This document shows, piece by piece, positions 24,038 to 35,633 of a stretch of DNA of 64,000 bases; positions within the stretch are counted from its first letter, which is position 1; the number at the start of each line of letters is the position of its first letter. Source of the DNA: Callorhinchus milii (Eukaryota); the NCBI RefSeq assembly GCF_018977255.1, contig NW_024704742.1, forward strand, positions 1,614,001 to 1,678,000, written 5' to 3'. Made by a program: the position numbers and the translations under genes. Under the pieces are notes generated by a model, which had not been told where the DNA came from, did not search any database, and worked only from the letters and a program-made list of their open reading frames with translations.

Positions 24038-24357
24038 GAGGACCTGGGTTTGATTCCTGGGCAGGACGAAATGTTGGGCAAGTTTCCCTACTCCACACGC
24101 CTCTGTTTACGGTAACAGTAATTAGTTACCTGGTTGTTAGTCAATTGGCGGATTGCTTTGGGGTAATAATTCCTTCAAATAATAATAATAATTTGGTCAC
24201 TCAATCCACGACTGTTTGTGGGGCGCCGCTGTGTGTAATTGACTGCCGCGTTTCGCCCACACGTGCAGTCAATTCACTTTACAGTATATTTTCTGAAACC
24301 CTTTGAGACGTCTCAAAGGCGCGATAAGGTGCTATATCAAGGATTATTTATTATTAT
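24038..24357 (+). mobile_element. tRNA-SINE, long form
   Basis: GAGGACCTGGGTTTGATTCC head remnant, central GCCTCTGTTTAC..AACAGTAATTAGTTACCTGG segment, Deu body and tail. Confidence 0.88.
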
Positions 24358-24777
24358 GATTTTTTTTTTAAAAAGCTTTTCTCAGGAAATGCAGTGGTTT
24401 AATCAAATTAGCCGTTTCCAAATATTTTGTAGTGAGTCGCACCGAATCTTCAGACTGTTTTGAAGGGTTGGTCAAATCTGTCTGTTTTAACTTGTATCTA
24501 TTATTTAGTCAGTGCTTTGGCCATAAATCCTCGCAGGTTTTACACTGAGAAGCTCATTCGTTGATTTTATCAATGGGTTTGGAGGAGGATTTTCATCTGT
24601 TTTCTAAACCAGATGTCCTGATGGATATCTTGGAATTCTTATAGCCGTCTGCGGTTATAAATGACTATTCAGCTTTGAAAGCAGCACTAAGCTTCTCCAG
24701 TTGATAAAGTGTGGGTTTTGAGTCGGAACCTTATCACGTTTCAACGCATCATTCTTTCTGCTAACTACAGAGGAACC

Positions 24778-24983
24778 ACTCTCTGGAACTCCATCCCCCA
24801 AGTCCCTACCACTCGCCCGTTCCCTCGCCTCCTTCAAGATCCACCTCAAGACCTTCCTGTTTGACTGCGCCTTCGGTCATCTTTCTGAACCCCAGCTCGG
24901 GTGCAAACCCTCGACTGTCCAGCACCTTGGGACGTCCTCCCAAAGTACAAGGCGCTGATACAAATAAATGTCAATTTGTTGTG
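24778..24983 (+). mobile_element. L2 LINE 3' end
   Basis: CTCTGGAACTCCATCCC...CTTCAAGATCCACCTCAAGACC; shares ACCCCAGCTCGGGTGCAAACCCTCGACTGTCC with 35544-35576. Confidence 0.88.
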
Positions 24984-25869
24984 TGGGCGTGTGGGTGGGG
25001 TGGGGTGGGGGGGAGGAGGCGGAGAGGGGTGGATGGCAGATGATGTTACTTTAAGTGATTGGATTTTCCTCCCTGCTCTACGTTGACCTTCATCGCTGGA
25101 GTTAGTGGAAGGAATGCTCCTGGGTGAAAGTGCTTGAATCAAATTTCCATCATTGTTTCACTGATTTGCAAGTGGTCACCAGTAGTTGAGGGTGATCAGG
25201 GCTGCGAGTGGCTGCACAGAAATTTGGGGATGAACAAATGATCTTTCTTCGTGCTGTGCAAGATGATACGACATCGGCGAATTATGTGTGCTTATGAAAT
25301 GGGTGTGTTTTACGTTTGCAGTCAGGTTCTCATTTCATTTGGGAACTTTTGTTATCAATCCATCGGGGAGTTTGAGTAGACATGTTCTCCTGCATGTTAT
25401 CATAAACTTTTCTCTGGTCCCTTGTACAAGTGACAGTGGGGGAAGTTCTACCCAGGTTGAGATTTACTCTAGAGTGTAAAGATTTACTCTATTTTCTTAG
25501 CATTTCATTTTATAATAATAATAATCCTTGCATTTGATATAAAGCTGCATCAAACGTAAAGGGTTATTATATATCATAAATTGCTTCACAGGATGGGGGG
25601 GGGACTGTATTTTGTCCCACAAACAGCCTGAAGTGAATTACTATTTTTTTAATTTGGGGGCTTATTGGTCAGGATAGAGGGAAAAACTCCCTTTGCTTTT
25701 CGAATAGTGCGATGGGATCTTTAACATCAACCTGAACAGGAACTCGGTCTAACATCAGATACGCTGGAGGACTTTCTTCATTCAAACCATTCAAATGGTC
25801 TTGTGTTGTACGGAGGAATAATAAACCCATTGGGGTAGGTAAGCGAGGAACCCAGAAAGTAGTACCGCA

Positions 25870-26490
25870 GATTTTTTTGATTTTTTTTGCTGGTGGTCGT
25901 CCGGTGTCTGACATGTGTGAAAACCCATCACCGTTGCTTAAGAGTCTCCAAACCAAGCTGAGAATTTCATGCAACCCACCTACACGTGGAAATCCCAGAG
26001 ATAGGTTGTTGGAATGGATTGCGGGCTCTCTCTCCCTGGAGGGATGCATCCTGTTTACTTAATTCTGGAAAGTATTAGGCGCAGGTTGGCAAGAGCCAAG
26101 GCTTGGGGATTCCAGAGTGTGAGTTGGGGTAACTGCTGAAGACTAATCAGCTAAAGCCGCACAGCTTGCCATTGATATTGCTGCCCGTCAAGCTTGACCA
26201 CTGCTTGTCCAGCTAGGACCACCTGATCTGTTAGGGCTTTGGCTTGCAGGGTTAACAGGAGCTGAGGGGGAGGATTCCCTGCCCCAGTGACTGGTCGGCC
26301 CTTCTGTCATCAGCAGTGAGTGCCCTGGGATACTGAGGACCTGCCTGGCTTAGGAACTGGACTAGAGACCGGCACAGTGGGCTGACTCGATTCTGACATT
26401 TCATTGCCAGACATTTCACCTTGGAGCCACTTCAGCTCCAAGGAGAATCTGCTTACCTCCCCCCCCCGAGGAGGATAGTCACTAAGTCAC
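25870..26490 (-). mobile_element. Unclassified ~600-bp A-tailed repeat (copy B)
   Basis: Reverse complement collinear with copies A and D; T-run at the left end. Confidence 0.8.
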
Positions 26491-27469
26491 AGAGGTAGGT
26501 TGAAGAGGAGAGACAATGAAGGATAATGGGGTTGTTTTCCGCCTAATTTTAATGGTAGGCTACTCCGTTTACAAAGTCCTGTTACCCCGTGTTTTTCCTC
26601 CTCCAACGCACTGACCGACAACCAAAACATGTGGAAGAATGATGATAATTGTATTCAGAAGCACTTACATATTTATGTCCAGTACAAGTGTTTACCATTT
26701 TTGGGAAGCTGCTTTTTGGAACCGTTTCTTAAAACCGCTACGCACATTTACCATTGTATTTCCTCTTGAGTTTCACGGACCCAGGTACTGATCACAGCAT
26801 GTTCCTGAACCGTGTAGTTACTGGTATCAGACATCGTTACCACTCGAGTCGTCTGCAACAGAAAATAATAATTCATTGGAAGAAAAGAAACTGGGGGTTA
26901 ACAGGACTTTGTCAACACCCTGTACATGTTTATTTACCGACATGTCCGACTATTGTTTTTTTTCAACCTTTATTCATATCTTAGAATTCAATTATAATGC
27001 GAGCGTTGGGGTAAACCTATTTTCTCCAAATGGATTGCGTTAAAGCCATAATATTGCTGATCCGGGGAGTTTCCACAAACTGATTGAAGAAACGGTGTGC
27101 TGCATAATAGCTGCCGGGTATAGTTTACGGTCGAATGTTGTAGCTGCTGCAGGGAAGACTTACTCAGTACCATTTCTTTCCGATTAAATGAGTGAATACA
27201 AATTCCACTAAAATAATTGAATTGTGGTCATTGATGCAAGACCGTCACAGCATCCCTACCTCTGCGTGGGAGCTCGGTGGATTATTTCCTGAATAAAAAT
27301 CCAGGCCGTGTGATGAAGAACGGCGTTGAGAGGACCCTGGACTAGGATGTCCCACTCCCGCTGTACGGTGCCAGCATTCAACAGCTGTTAGAGCCAAGAA
27401 GGCAGAGCAGTGAAGCTAACTGAGGCTGACTGTTACCACGAGCACCAGCAGCATTTAAAATGACTTGTA

Positions 27470-27880
27470 TCTTACGCTTTCTGTCTCCGTCTCTTTCTCA
27501 TTCTCTCACTCTCCTCCTTCTGTTCCGCCGGCTCTCACTTCCATTTTCTTTGTCTCTCGCTCTCTCCGTCCCTCTCTCTTTCTCCGTTTTCGTTCACTCT
27601 CGTTTCTCACTCTCGTTTTCTTTGTCTCTTTCTCTCTGTGTGTCTCTCGCTCCCTCTCTCTCCCGTTTTCACTCACGTTTTCTTTGTGGGTGTTGTGTTT
27701 TTTCTCCCTCTCTTTCCCTCGCTCACATTGTTATTCACTCTCTTTTTCTTTCACTCACATTTTCTTTGTCTCTCATTCACGTGGTCTATATCTCCCTCTC
27801 TCTTGCTCTCACATTTTCATTCTCTCTTTTTCTTTCTCTCTCTCCGTGCCTCCTTTGTGTCTGTTTCTTATCACTGTCTC
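27470..27880. repeat. CT-rich low-complexity tract
   Basis: About 400 bp of degenerate (CT)n/(TCTT)n; explains the S/L/F-rich ORFs. Confidence 0.92.
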
Positions 27881-28379
27881 CTCAGCAGTCATAGCAAGAA
27901 AAAAAAAGCTGTTTTTACTTTTAATAGATTTTCGTATCAGAAATGCCTTTCAATAATAAAAACTAATTCCACTGTGAGCTCTATTCTTCAAGCCCTTCAC
28001 GAAATCATATTTACGTATGATTTCAATTCCTTGCTTACTTCTAAAATAGTTTTTATTCCTTGCTTTGTTAACCTAGAATAAATGTACAATGTTTATATAG
28101 CGCCCTTCACACAGGATAATGTCTTGGAGCCCTGCGAGAAGCTATCCTGACTATTAAGCACACGCACACGCACGCGCAGTAGATGCAAAATGTCATTTCT
28201 ATAAAATAGCAGGTTCTATAAAATAACATTCCACGTGCGGTTTATAATAACCCTTACATGCACCGTGTAGTGCCTTTCACGTCATGAGGATGTCCCAAAG
28301 TGTTAGACTTGTAAAGAGGAGTGACTGTATGTTGTGCACGGTCGCAGCTTTCCAGGTTCCACTGCCTTCCCGTCACCCA

Positions 28380-28791
28380 GCGGATTCACTTTTAAGACCC
28401 CGCATCCCAACCTCTCCGTGCCCTTGCCGACCCCACCTCTGTGACGGCCTGCGGTTCTACTCCTCCGTCCGCTCCACCACCTCTGCTCTGCTGACTCGTG
28501 TCTGCTTCGCGTTTTCTGTATCTCCTGAAGGAGCAAGCGTCCCGTCACTTTTGCTCCCATTCTGTTGGAAGTCACTCCCTGAATCCTCCCACATTGCACG
28601 CTCCTCTGCTTTCAAATCCTGTCAAAGTCTACCTGTTTCATGGTGCCTTTCATAGTGCCTCACCCCCACCCGCCTCCACCCCTGCTGACCCCAACTCCCA
28701 GCTCCGATCCTAAACCCCTGATTGTCCAGCGCCCTGGGACGTCTTTCTGACATGAAGGGAAGGCACTATATAAGTGTAATTTGTTGTTGTT
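28380..28791 (+). mobile_element. L2 LINE 3' end
   Basis: Degenerate RSLRST..LL..GGRAF..WNSLP region, C-rich UTR, stem-loop and (TTG)n. Confidence 0.8.
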
Positions 28792-29329
28792 ATTTGGCCA
28801 TTTTTCCCCAATTGCTAACTCTCCCCTCCTTGGGCTTCCACGGTCTCTGTGAACCACTTTGAGATGTTTTCCTGCCTCAAAGGTGCCAATTGATCTTTAT
28901 TCTCTTTCAGTATTTCATAGCGTATACAACCAGACGATTGCATTGCGTTGTTTAAAAGGTTATCTTAAAATAACAGATTTGGGATAACATTCAAACAATT
29001 TATTAATAAAAATAACGAACAAATGCTTGCATTTTGATAAAAGACTTTTCACATAAGTCTCAAAGTGTTTCACGGGATTTACTGTAAAGTTTACTGACTG
29101 AGTTTTGCAGGCAAACACCCTCTAATATAATGTATTGACAGTGTTGAAGCCCATAGACTGCTTATACATTGCTCATTTTATCTGGGGGTAGTGTCGTTGA
29201 TCACTAAAAATAGTGATCTTTCTGCTATGATCCCATTATATAAATCCCATTATAACCTTGCAGTGAAGAGACCACTAATTTTAGTGATCAGTGAAAAGCA
29301 GACTCCATTGTGAAGGATAATGAAGCCTT

Positions 29330-30100
29330 AATAGCTGTGCGATTCATAGTAGACTCATTTAACCACGACAACGAGAGGATATTAGATATGAAGCAGCTAA
29401 AGAAATCCTCCACTTCAACCATGGCCGATATCTGAGACTGAGACCGATTCTATGGCAACAGCACCACCGTTATGAAAGCAACGAGTGGGGATGCTCAGTT
29501 CAGGGGTCTGGTTGTTTGCAGGTACCAAAATCTATCACTGGTGTGTGTGTGTGTGTGTGTGCGCTGAGAGCTCAGTGATACCAAAAGGTCCGAACAGATG
29601 CCTGCTTGCTGCCAGTGCTGAGAGACGGGTGGCTGTAGTAGAGCCTTGAGCTTCCCTTCCCTCCCCTTATCTCTCCACCCCCATCCCATTCATCACCCTC
29701 CCCCCATCCACCCCCCTCCACCAACCGTGACAGCATTGCAAGGTGGTTCTCTGCTCCTTCAGAGGTTAAAAATGTGAGATAGCATCGGGACATCAGGAAA
29801 AACACCTTCGAGCTCTTCGAGATGAGGACGACACCAGCCAGCCATGCTCTAATGAGACGTGCTGTCTAATAATTGGCCTAACTGGCATGTTTGGGTGAAA
29901 TGTGTTCTCCTCGTGCAGCTGGGCCTCAGAGTGTGTGGAGCGTGTGCAGCAGCAGCAATTACTGTGAGCCTTACCTTAGCCACAGTGACAATAGACTGAA
30001 TTATTCAGCAGCACTGGTCTGTACGGGACAATCCAGGTACATGTATGTTTTATGACTGTGCTGTCCGGCTGACTTCCACTGTGAAATATTTTGCAAACAC
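29330..30100. promoter_or_regulatory. Second repeat-free promoter/enhancer-like island
   Basis: (GT)n at 29541-29562, C-rich tract, RFX half site CTATGGCAAC at 29450, E-box and TAAT motifs, minus-strand donor AG|GTAAGG at 29975/29974. Confidence 0.35.
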
Positions 30101-30924
30101 CCGCAAATGGTGCCGGGGGGGGGTGGGGGGGCACGGGGGCCATCGTGCGGAAACGGATCAGTTCAATGCCATGTTTATTTTCCTACTCCGTAAAAAAAAA
30201 AATCACGTTGCTCACTGTTTCCGGCCGGTCGTTAGAGTAGGGTTGTTAACGCCTTGTGGTCTGGTGGAGACAACGCGCCTGTTTGCCGCCGATAGAGTGC
30301 AGCGCGGAGGACGGATGGATTTTTCCACCTCTCGCAGATTAACCTTTCACTCCATTGTGAAATCCGCAAGGCACTTGTCGTTTCCCCCACGCACTTTGCG
30401 TTCAAGAGGATTCACGGACTGTGTGCGTGTGTGTGCGTGCATGCGTGAGCGTGTTTGTGCGTGTTCGTGGGTGCTTTGTGGGATGAAATAGGAAGGAAAA
30501 CCACAAGTCATAGGCGCGTGGATCCATTGGATGCAGGACAATTTTTCGAGAGGGAATCCTGGTTTCATTTTGGACTTCCTTACCTCTTAAGTAACGTCCC
30601 CAATGATGTCTTCTTAATGTAAACTTGCTCTAAAGTTTATAGTACAGTATATAGATGAGCTTAATCGCATTGCATTAGCGCGATACAGAACCACCATTCA
30701 GACTGTGATTTGGGACCATTTCCTCTTCATCACACAGAGAAACCTTAAAAGTCAGGATTTTCTCTCCTCCAACTACTGTTTTGCCGCAATAATCCACTTC
30801 ATTGAGGTGTAATTACGACTATAATTTGATCACTTGTTTTATTATACTGCAGTTCATTGCTGTCGTGGTTAAGAAAGTTACTTGAACTCCCCTTTGATCT
30901 AACAGTAAAACAGAATACAGGTGA

Positions 30925-31230
30925 ACCCAGCAGCCCTTTTTGCCCCCCAAAAATGTCCCATAAACAGCCATTAAACAAATAACCAATTTTCTCTGTGGGA
31001 TTGTTGGCCAGGAAACCAGGAAAACACTCCCTTGTCTTTTTGAGTGGTACTATGGGTCGGACTTCCTTGCCTCTTAAAAGGTTTCTGTAATGTCTTCTTC
31101 CTTACCTCTTAATGGGTTCTTTAATGGCCACCTGAACAGGCAGGTGGGACCTCATCTCAACCAAAGGATGGCACCTCCAACAATGCAGCACAACCCCAGC
31201 ACTGCGTGTGAGTGTCAGCCTTGACAATGT
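30925..31230 (-). mobile_element. SacSINE1-like SINE fragment with a 54-bp insertion
   Basis: GGGATTGTTGGCCAGGA...CACCTGAACAGGCAG...GGATGGCACCTCCAACAATGCAGCAC motifs. Confidence 0.75.
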
Positions 31231-34064
31231 TTTCCAAGTTTGACATTGCTTCATTGACCAAGGCTCTTGTCTCATTACATTTGCGTCCAGTCCGGAAAGT
31301 AGTAATAGGTTTATTTTCGTTGATTGTGCGATTTGTGTGAGTTACAATCTTAAATGGTTTTGTACAATGCTGTGAATGTTTGGTTGCACAACAGTTAAGA
31401 AATCAGCTCCTTTAGCTTCTTTGATATACTCTTTGTATGTAACTGGTGAGTGGTTTTGCTGATGTCTTTTGTGAAGAAGTAGCTGCTGTTAATGTTAAGC
31501 GTGTTTACATCACTCTCTTGGACTGCATTAAAATAGTGTAGTTCTCATTGCCTTTTAACAACAACAACAACTTGGATTTATATAGCGCCCTCCACGCCGG
31601 ATGGTGTCTCAGAGCGCTTGAAGCAGGGCTCCAACACTGTGTATTTCCTTGACCTGATGCTGACATAGATACACCTTCGTGGTGACATACAGAAGCAGCA
31701 TGCTCTGCTTCGCAAAAAGGTGTCAGCTGAGTTGATCTTCCTTGACCTTCAGTTTCTATACCAAGTCTTTATCACATTGAACGAGATTTACGTTGGGGAG
31801 AACAGTTCAAGTTGATCGCGACTCTTTGCACCCACTTTGGCTTCAGCTGTTGATGTTTAGGTGCTGACACTTTGGCGTTGATCGTTTTGCTGCCTGAGCT
31901 TTAAGCTTTAAAAGCCCTATGATTCTGCTTGTGGCCAACATCCTGGTTATGTTGTAGGGCACACCCAGCCATCGCCGGGTAAACAGGAGAAGCACTGCTT
32001 TACCCAGGTGGCTTCTAATTACATAATAGAAGCAAAAGCCAGGGACCATGTCTGAGCATTGGACAGTGATATTCCTGACCTAAGTCTTGGCTTGTGCTGC
32101 CACACTTTGTGCTTTGGACTGTACAGGAAAGTCTTTTCCAAGAATACGCAGAGATGCCTCTATGTGTGTGAGAGAATTGTGGCTGTAACTTGAGATCGCT
32201 AATTGTCCATGCGGCAAGAAACAAAACTGAGAAGGCAACTGGTGGAAGAATTGGTTCAGCTGCTGACACCAAAAAGGAAGAGGCCTTTTTTTTTGTTACA
32301 AGTAATTACCCGATGGACTCGAGTGCCAATCGAGTTCAATCTGGATCTCAAAGCCAGCGTAGAAGCCCTGGCAGGGATGGTAGAGTGTTTGGAACTCAAC
32401 GTCAAGCATTCCCAGTAGGTCCAGTGGCCAACCTCAGCCAGGCCCCTGCAGAGAGGTGCCCTTCCTCACAGGACTGCAGCGTCGAAGGGAGAGACACATC
32501 ACCCCACAGTCAGCGGCCAGGTATATTCCAGGTTCCAGCAAAACTGTTCAAGTAAATGGAAGGGGAAATGCAGCAGTATTCATGGAGAGACTCGATAAAT
32601 AACACCCTTTAAGTGCATTTTAGCACAGGTTTTGTCAGTCAGCTGGACTGATGTTCCCATGGGCAGAGAATGGTTTCCGATGGTGCAGTCAGTTTTAAGT
32701 GGTCACAGCAGTATTTCCTTATGAAGTCAATTAAAAGAGAAAAAGGGGGGAATTGCGTCTCTTAAGTTTGCTTTTTGTGAAGACTTGTCTCAAGTGATAC
32801 GATAGGTGCAGCAGGATTAAACATTGATGAAATGAAGTGCCTAGCTAAGTCCCCGTGCATCACAGAATATGCTGTACGGGCCAGGCGCTGTGAAATTAAT
32901 TGTCACGACAGACGATTGGCAAGTTCCTAACTCACTGAGGTCCGTAACGTGCCCATTGCTGAAATGAGCAACCTTTTCACTACTTGTATTAATTTGTTTA
33001 TGGTACGATGTCTCGTGATAAAGGAGGAATGTAAAGATTGTGTTTGGCTGTTTGTGAGCCATCGCTGTGCGCAACTTTAGCTGTCGTGGTCACCTCCAAA
33101 ATCCACAACCAGAACTACTCCAGCTAAGATATGAAGAATCTGTTTGGTTTTATATTCCATTCTATTCTATAAAATCCTATTCTATGCAAATTACCTTCAT
33201 GAGAATCCACTGCGAGCGCTCTGAGACACAACCCTGTGTGAAGGCTGCAATACACATGGCCAGTTGTTGTTAAGAGTACACTGTACTTACTGCACTGTGG
33301 AGAGATGCAGTTAAAATTGTCACCAGAAACTCTATAGCAATGCGACATGGGGGAAATCAGGCGGGACCCGCGACTAATTAGGTCTAGCTTGGTAGCAGTG
33401 GCCTCCTGCTGTGTGACTGACTGCCCAGAAATACACAAACCTTGGCAGGTTCTCGGAGAACGCAGACATTGCACGGAGATCCTTTTGCTGAACCCCGGCA
33501 GCTGCTTTGCAAACTGGCTTCCCCCCGTGGCATCATTCTGAGATTGCAGCGAAACCGTTTTCTTTTGTCAAAAAGCCCTCCTTGATGGACTCGATCGTAA
33601 AATTCCTCCCGTTTCATATTGTGTGCATTGCCGCCACGAAACATTATCGGTGTCACGATGCGGATGGCAGGATATAACCGAAGAGGCATATTTGATTTCC
33701 CCCCTCTTCTCATTACTGTCAGTTTTGCTCTGTTGGTCGCGCTCTGGGTCAGAAGGTTGTAGGTTCCACCGTGCACCAGGCCACGAGCTCGTGGTATAGA
33801 CTGACACTCCAGTGTGTTGCATTATTAGAGGTGCCATCCTTCAGAGGAAATATTAAACAATATCGTGTTTCCCTGTTTTAATATGGACTTCAAATGAATT
33901 CCTATCAATTGTTCGGCGTCCAAAATTGACCCCCAACTGACCAATCATTCTCAAGACCTTCCTTTTTGACCGCAGTTTGGCCATCTTTCCTTCCACTGGG
34001 CTGCACATGCTTAAGTAAACACTAGGCAGTAATTATTACAAAATGCTTTTGAGATGTTTTGACA

Positions 34065-34215
34065 TAATAATGATCCTTGCGTTTGATACAGCGCCTTATC
34101 ACTTTGTTGAGACGCCTCAAAGCGCTTCACAAAATATACTGTAAAGTGATTTGACTGTATATTTTGTGGGCGAAATGCAGCAGCCAATTGCGCACAGCAG
34201 CGTCCCACAAAACAG
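34065..34215 (-). mobile_element. SINE 3' half
   Basis: Family tail and Deu body. Confidence 0.88.
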
Positions 34216-35339
34216 TGGTATTTGGATATAATACATATATATATACAGACATACAAATGCATTTTTGTTTACTCTTGTACTAATGGAATCAAATTTCTGT
34301 TGGAAGGTGGTAAAATAATTTGTATCCTGGATTCTTAATCAACCAATGATAATCAAATACAAACAGAAAAGTATTCCCGAAAATTGATCAGAAGTTGAAT
34401 CAAGTCTGACACCTTGGTCAGATAAAGTTTGAGTAATGTGTGTGTTTTGGAGTACCTAACCTCAGAGGGGTATCAGATGTACTGGAGTTACAGTAATTCA
34501 GAGCTGAGAGATGATTCCAGGTTTTGAAACACGTCCATTACTTATAAGGAAAGGATCATAGGCTTCGTCTCTTTGACTGTGTTATCGGAATTGCCTTAGA
34601 AACAGAATATAGAAGTGAAACCCAGGTTTGATCTGTAACTGTGATGGGTTTAGATTTTACGTTGAGAAAACTGATACACTTGTACTCCTTCATCGGAGAA
34701 CAAGTCATAAATCAGAGCTGTAGCTTCCCTGCACCGACTTTCTGTCCGTTTGTCTCAGTTACGCCCAATGCATCTTGCCAGTGATCTCAATTAAAGCTGC
34801 TACTGAGAGGGGAAATTCTCACTTCAATCCAAAACCAGCCATTACAGATTGAATCGAGACTGTAAACTCGATCGGCGTATAAGGACTATTAAAGTCGTTA
34901 TTTATTTTTTTAATTCGGTTTTCACTGATAAATAGCCCTTTTCTTTTCTTCAATGAAAGTCATTCGGTAAGACATATTTTCACCCGTATTTAAGTTTTAA
35001 ATCAGAATTTGATGATTTTGTTTGGCATCTGTAACTGTTTGCACACACAACAAGCAAGGCCCGTCTGTCTGCAACTAGGAAACGTGTTTTGAGCTTATCC
35101 CCGAAGACTAGCATTGCAACAAAGCATCTTTCCCACTGCGAGAGATATGTAGATGTCCCAAAATAATTCCTGATCTGCACTGTATTCATCTTTGTTGGTG
35201 CTAAATCTCCCCCACCCGATTTTCTCCCTTGTTTTGACAGAAAAATTGACTCGAGAAGCCCCCCTGGAAAATATCCAGGATTTTTGTTTGTGAATAAAAA
35301 CTGACTAATGCTGCTTAGCAACAAAACACTGGTCTACTT

Positions 35340-35633
35340 CATGTCCCTCACCCTGCCCATCCCACAGTCGGTGGTTGGGCGTTCAGCTTTTGTGCCACCA
35401 CTCTCTGGAACTCCATCCCGGAATCCCTTCACCTCGACCGCTCCCTTGCCCCGTCAAGGTCCATCTCAAGATCTTCCTCCTTGACTGTGCCTTTGGTCGC
35501 CTTCCCATTCCCACTCCCTTGGCTCCCATCCCTCCTGAATCCAACCCCAGCTCGGGTGCAAACCCTCGACTGTCCCAACTCTTTGGAACGTCCCTCTAAC
35601 ATGTTATACAATGCAGTTTGTTGTTGTTGTTGT
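35340..35633 (+). mobile_element. L2 LINE 3' end
   Basis: CCCACAGTCGGTGGTTGGGCGTTCAGC...CTCTGGAACTCCATCCC; (TTG)n tail. Confidence 0.88.

Noticed and set aside
27460..28081. Overlapping 144-163 aa hydrophobic ORFs
   Set aside because: Products of the CT-rich low-complexity tract.
32190..32555. Protein-like ORFs (LRRQLVEELVQLL..., LKASVEALAGMVECLE)
   Set aside because: No recognisable domain or convincing splice signals; possibly a decayed transposon gene but unsupported.
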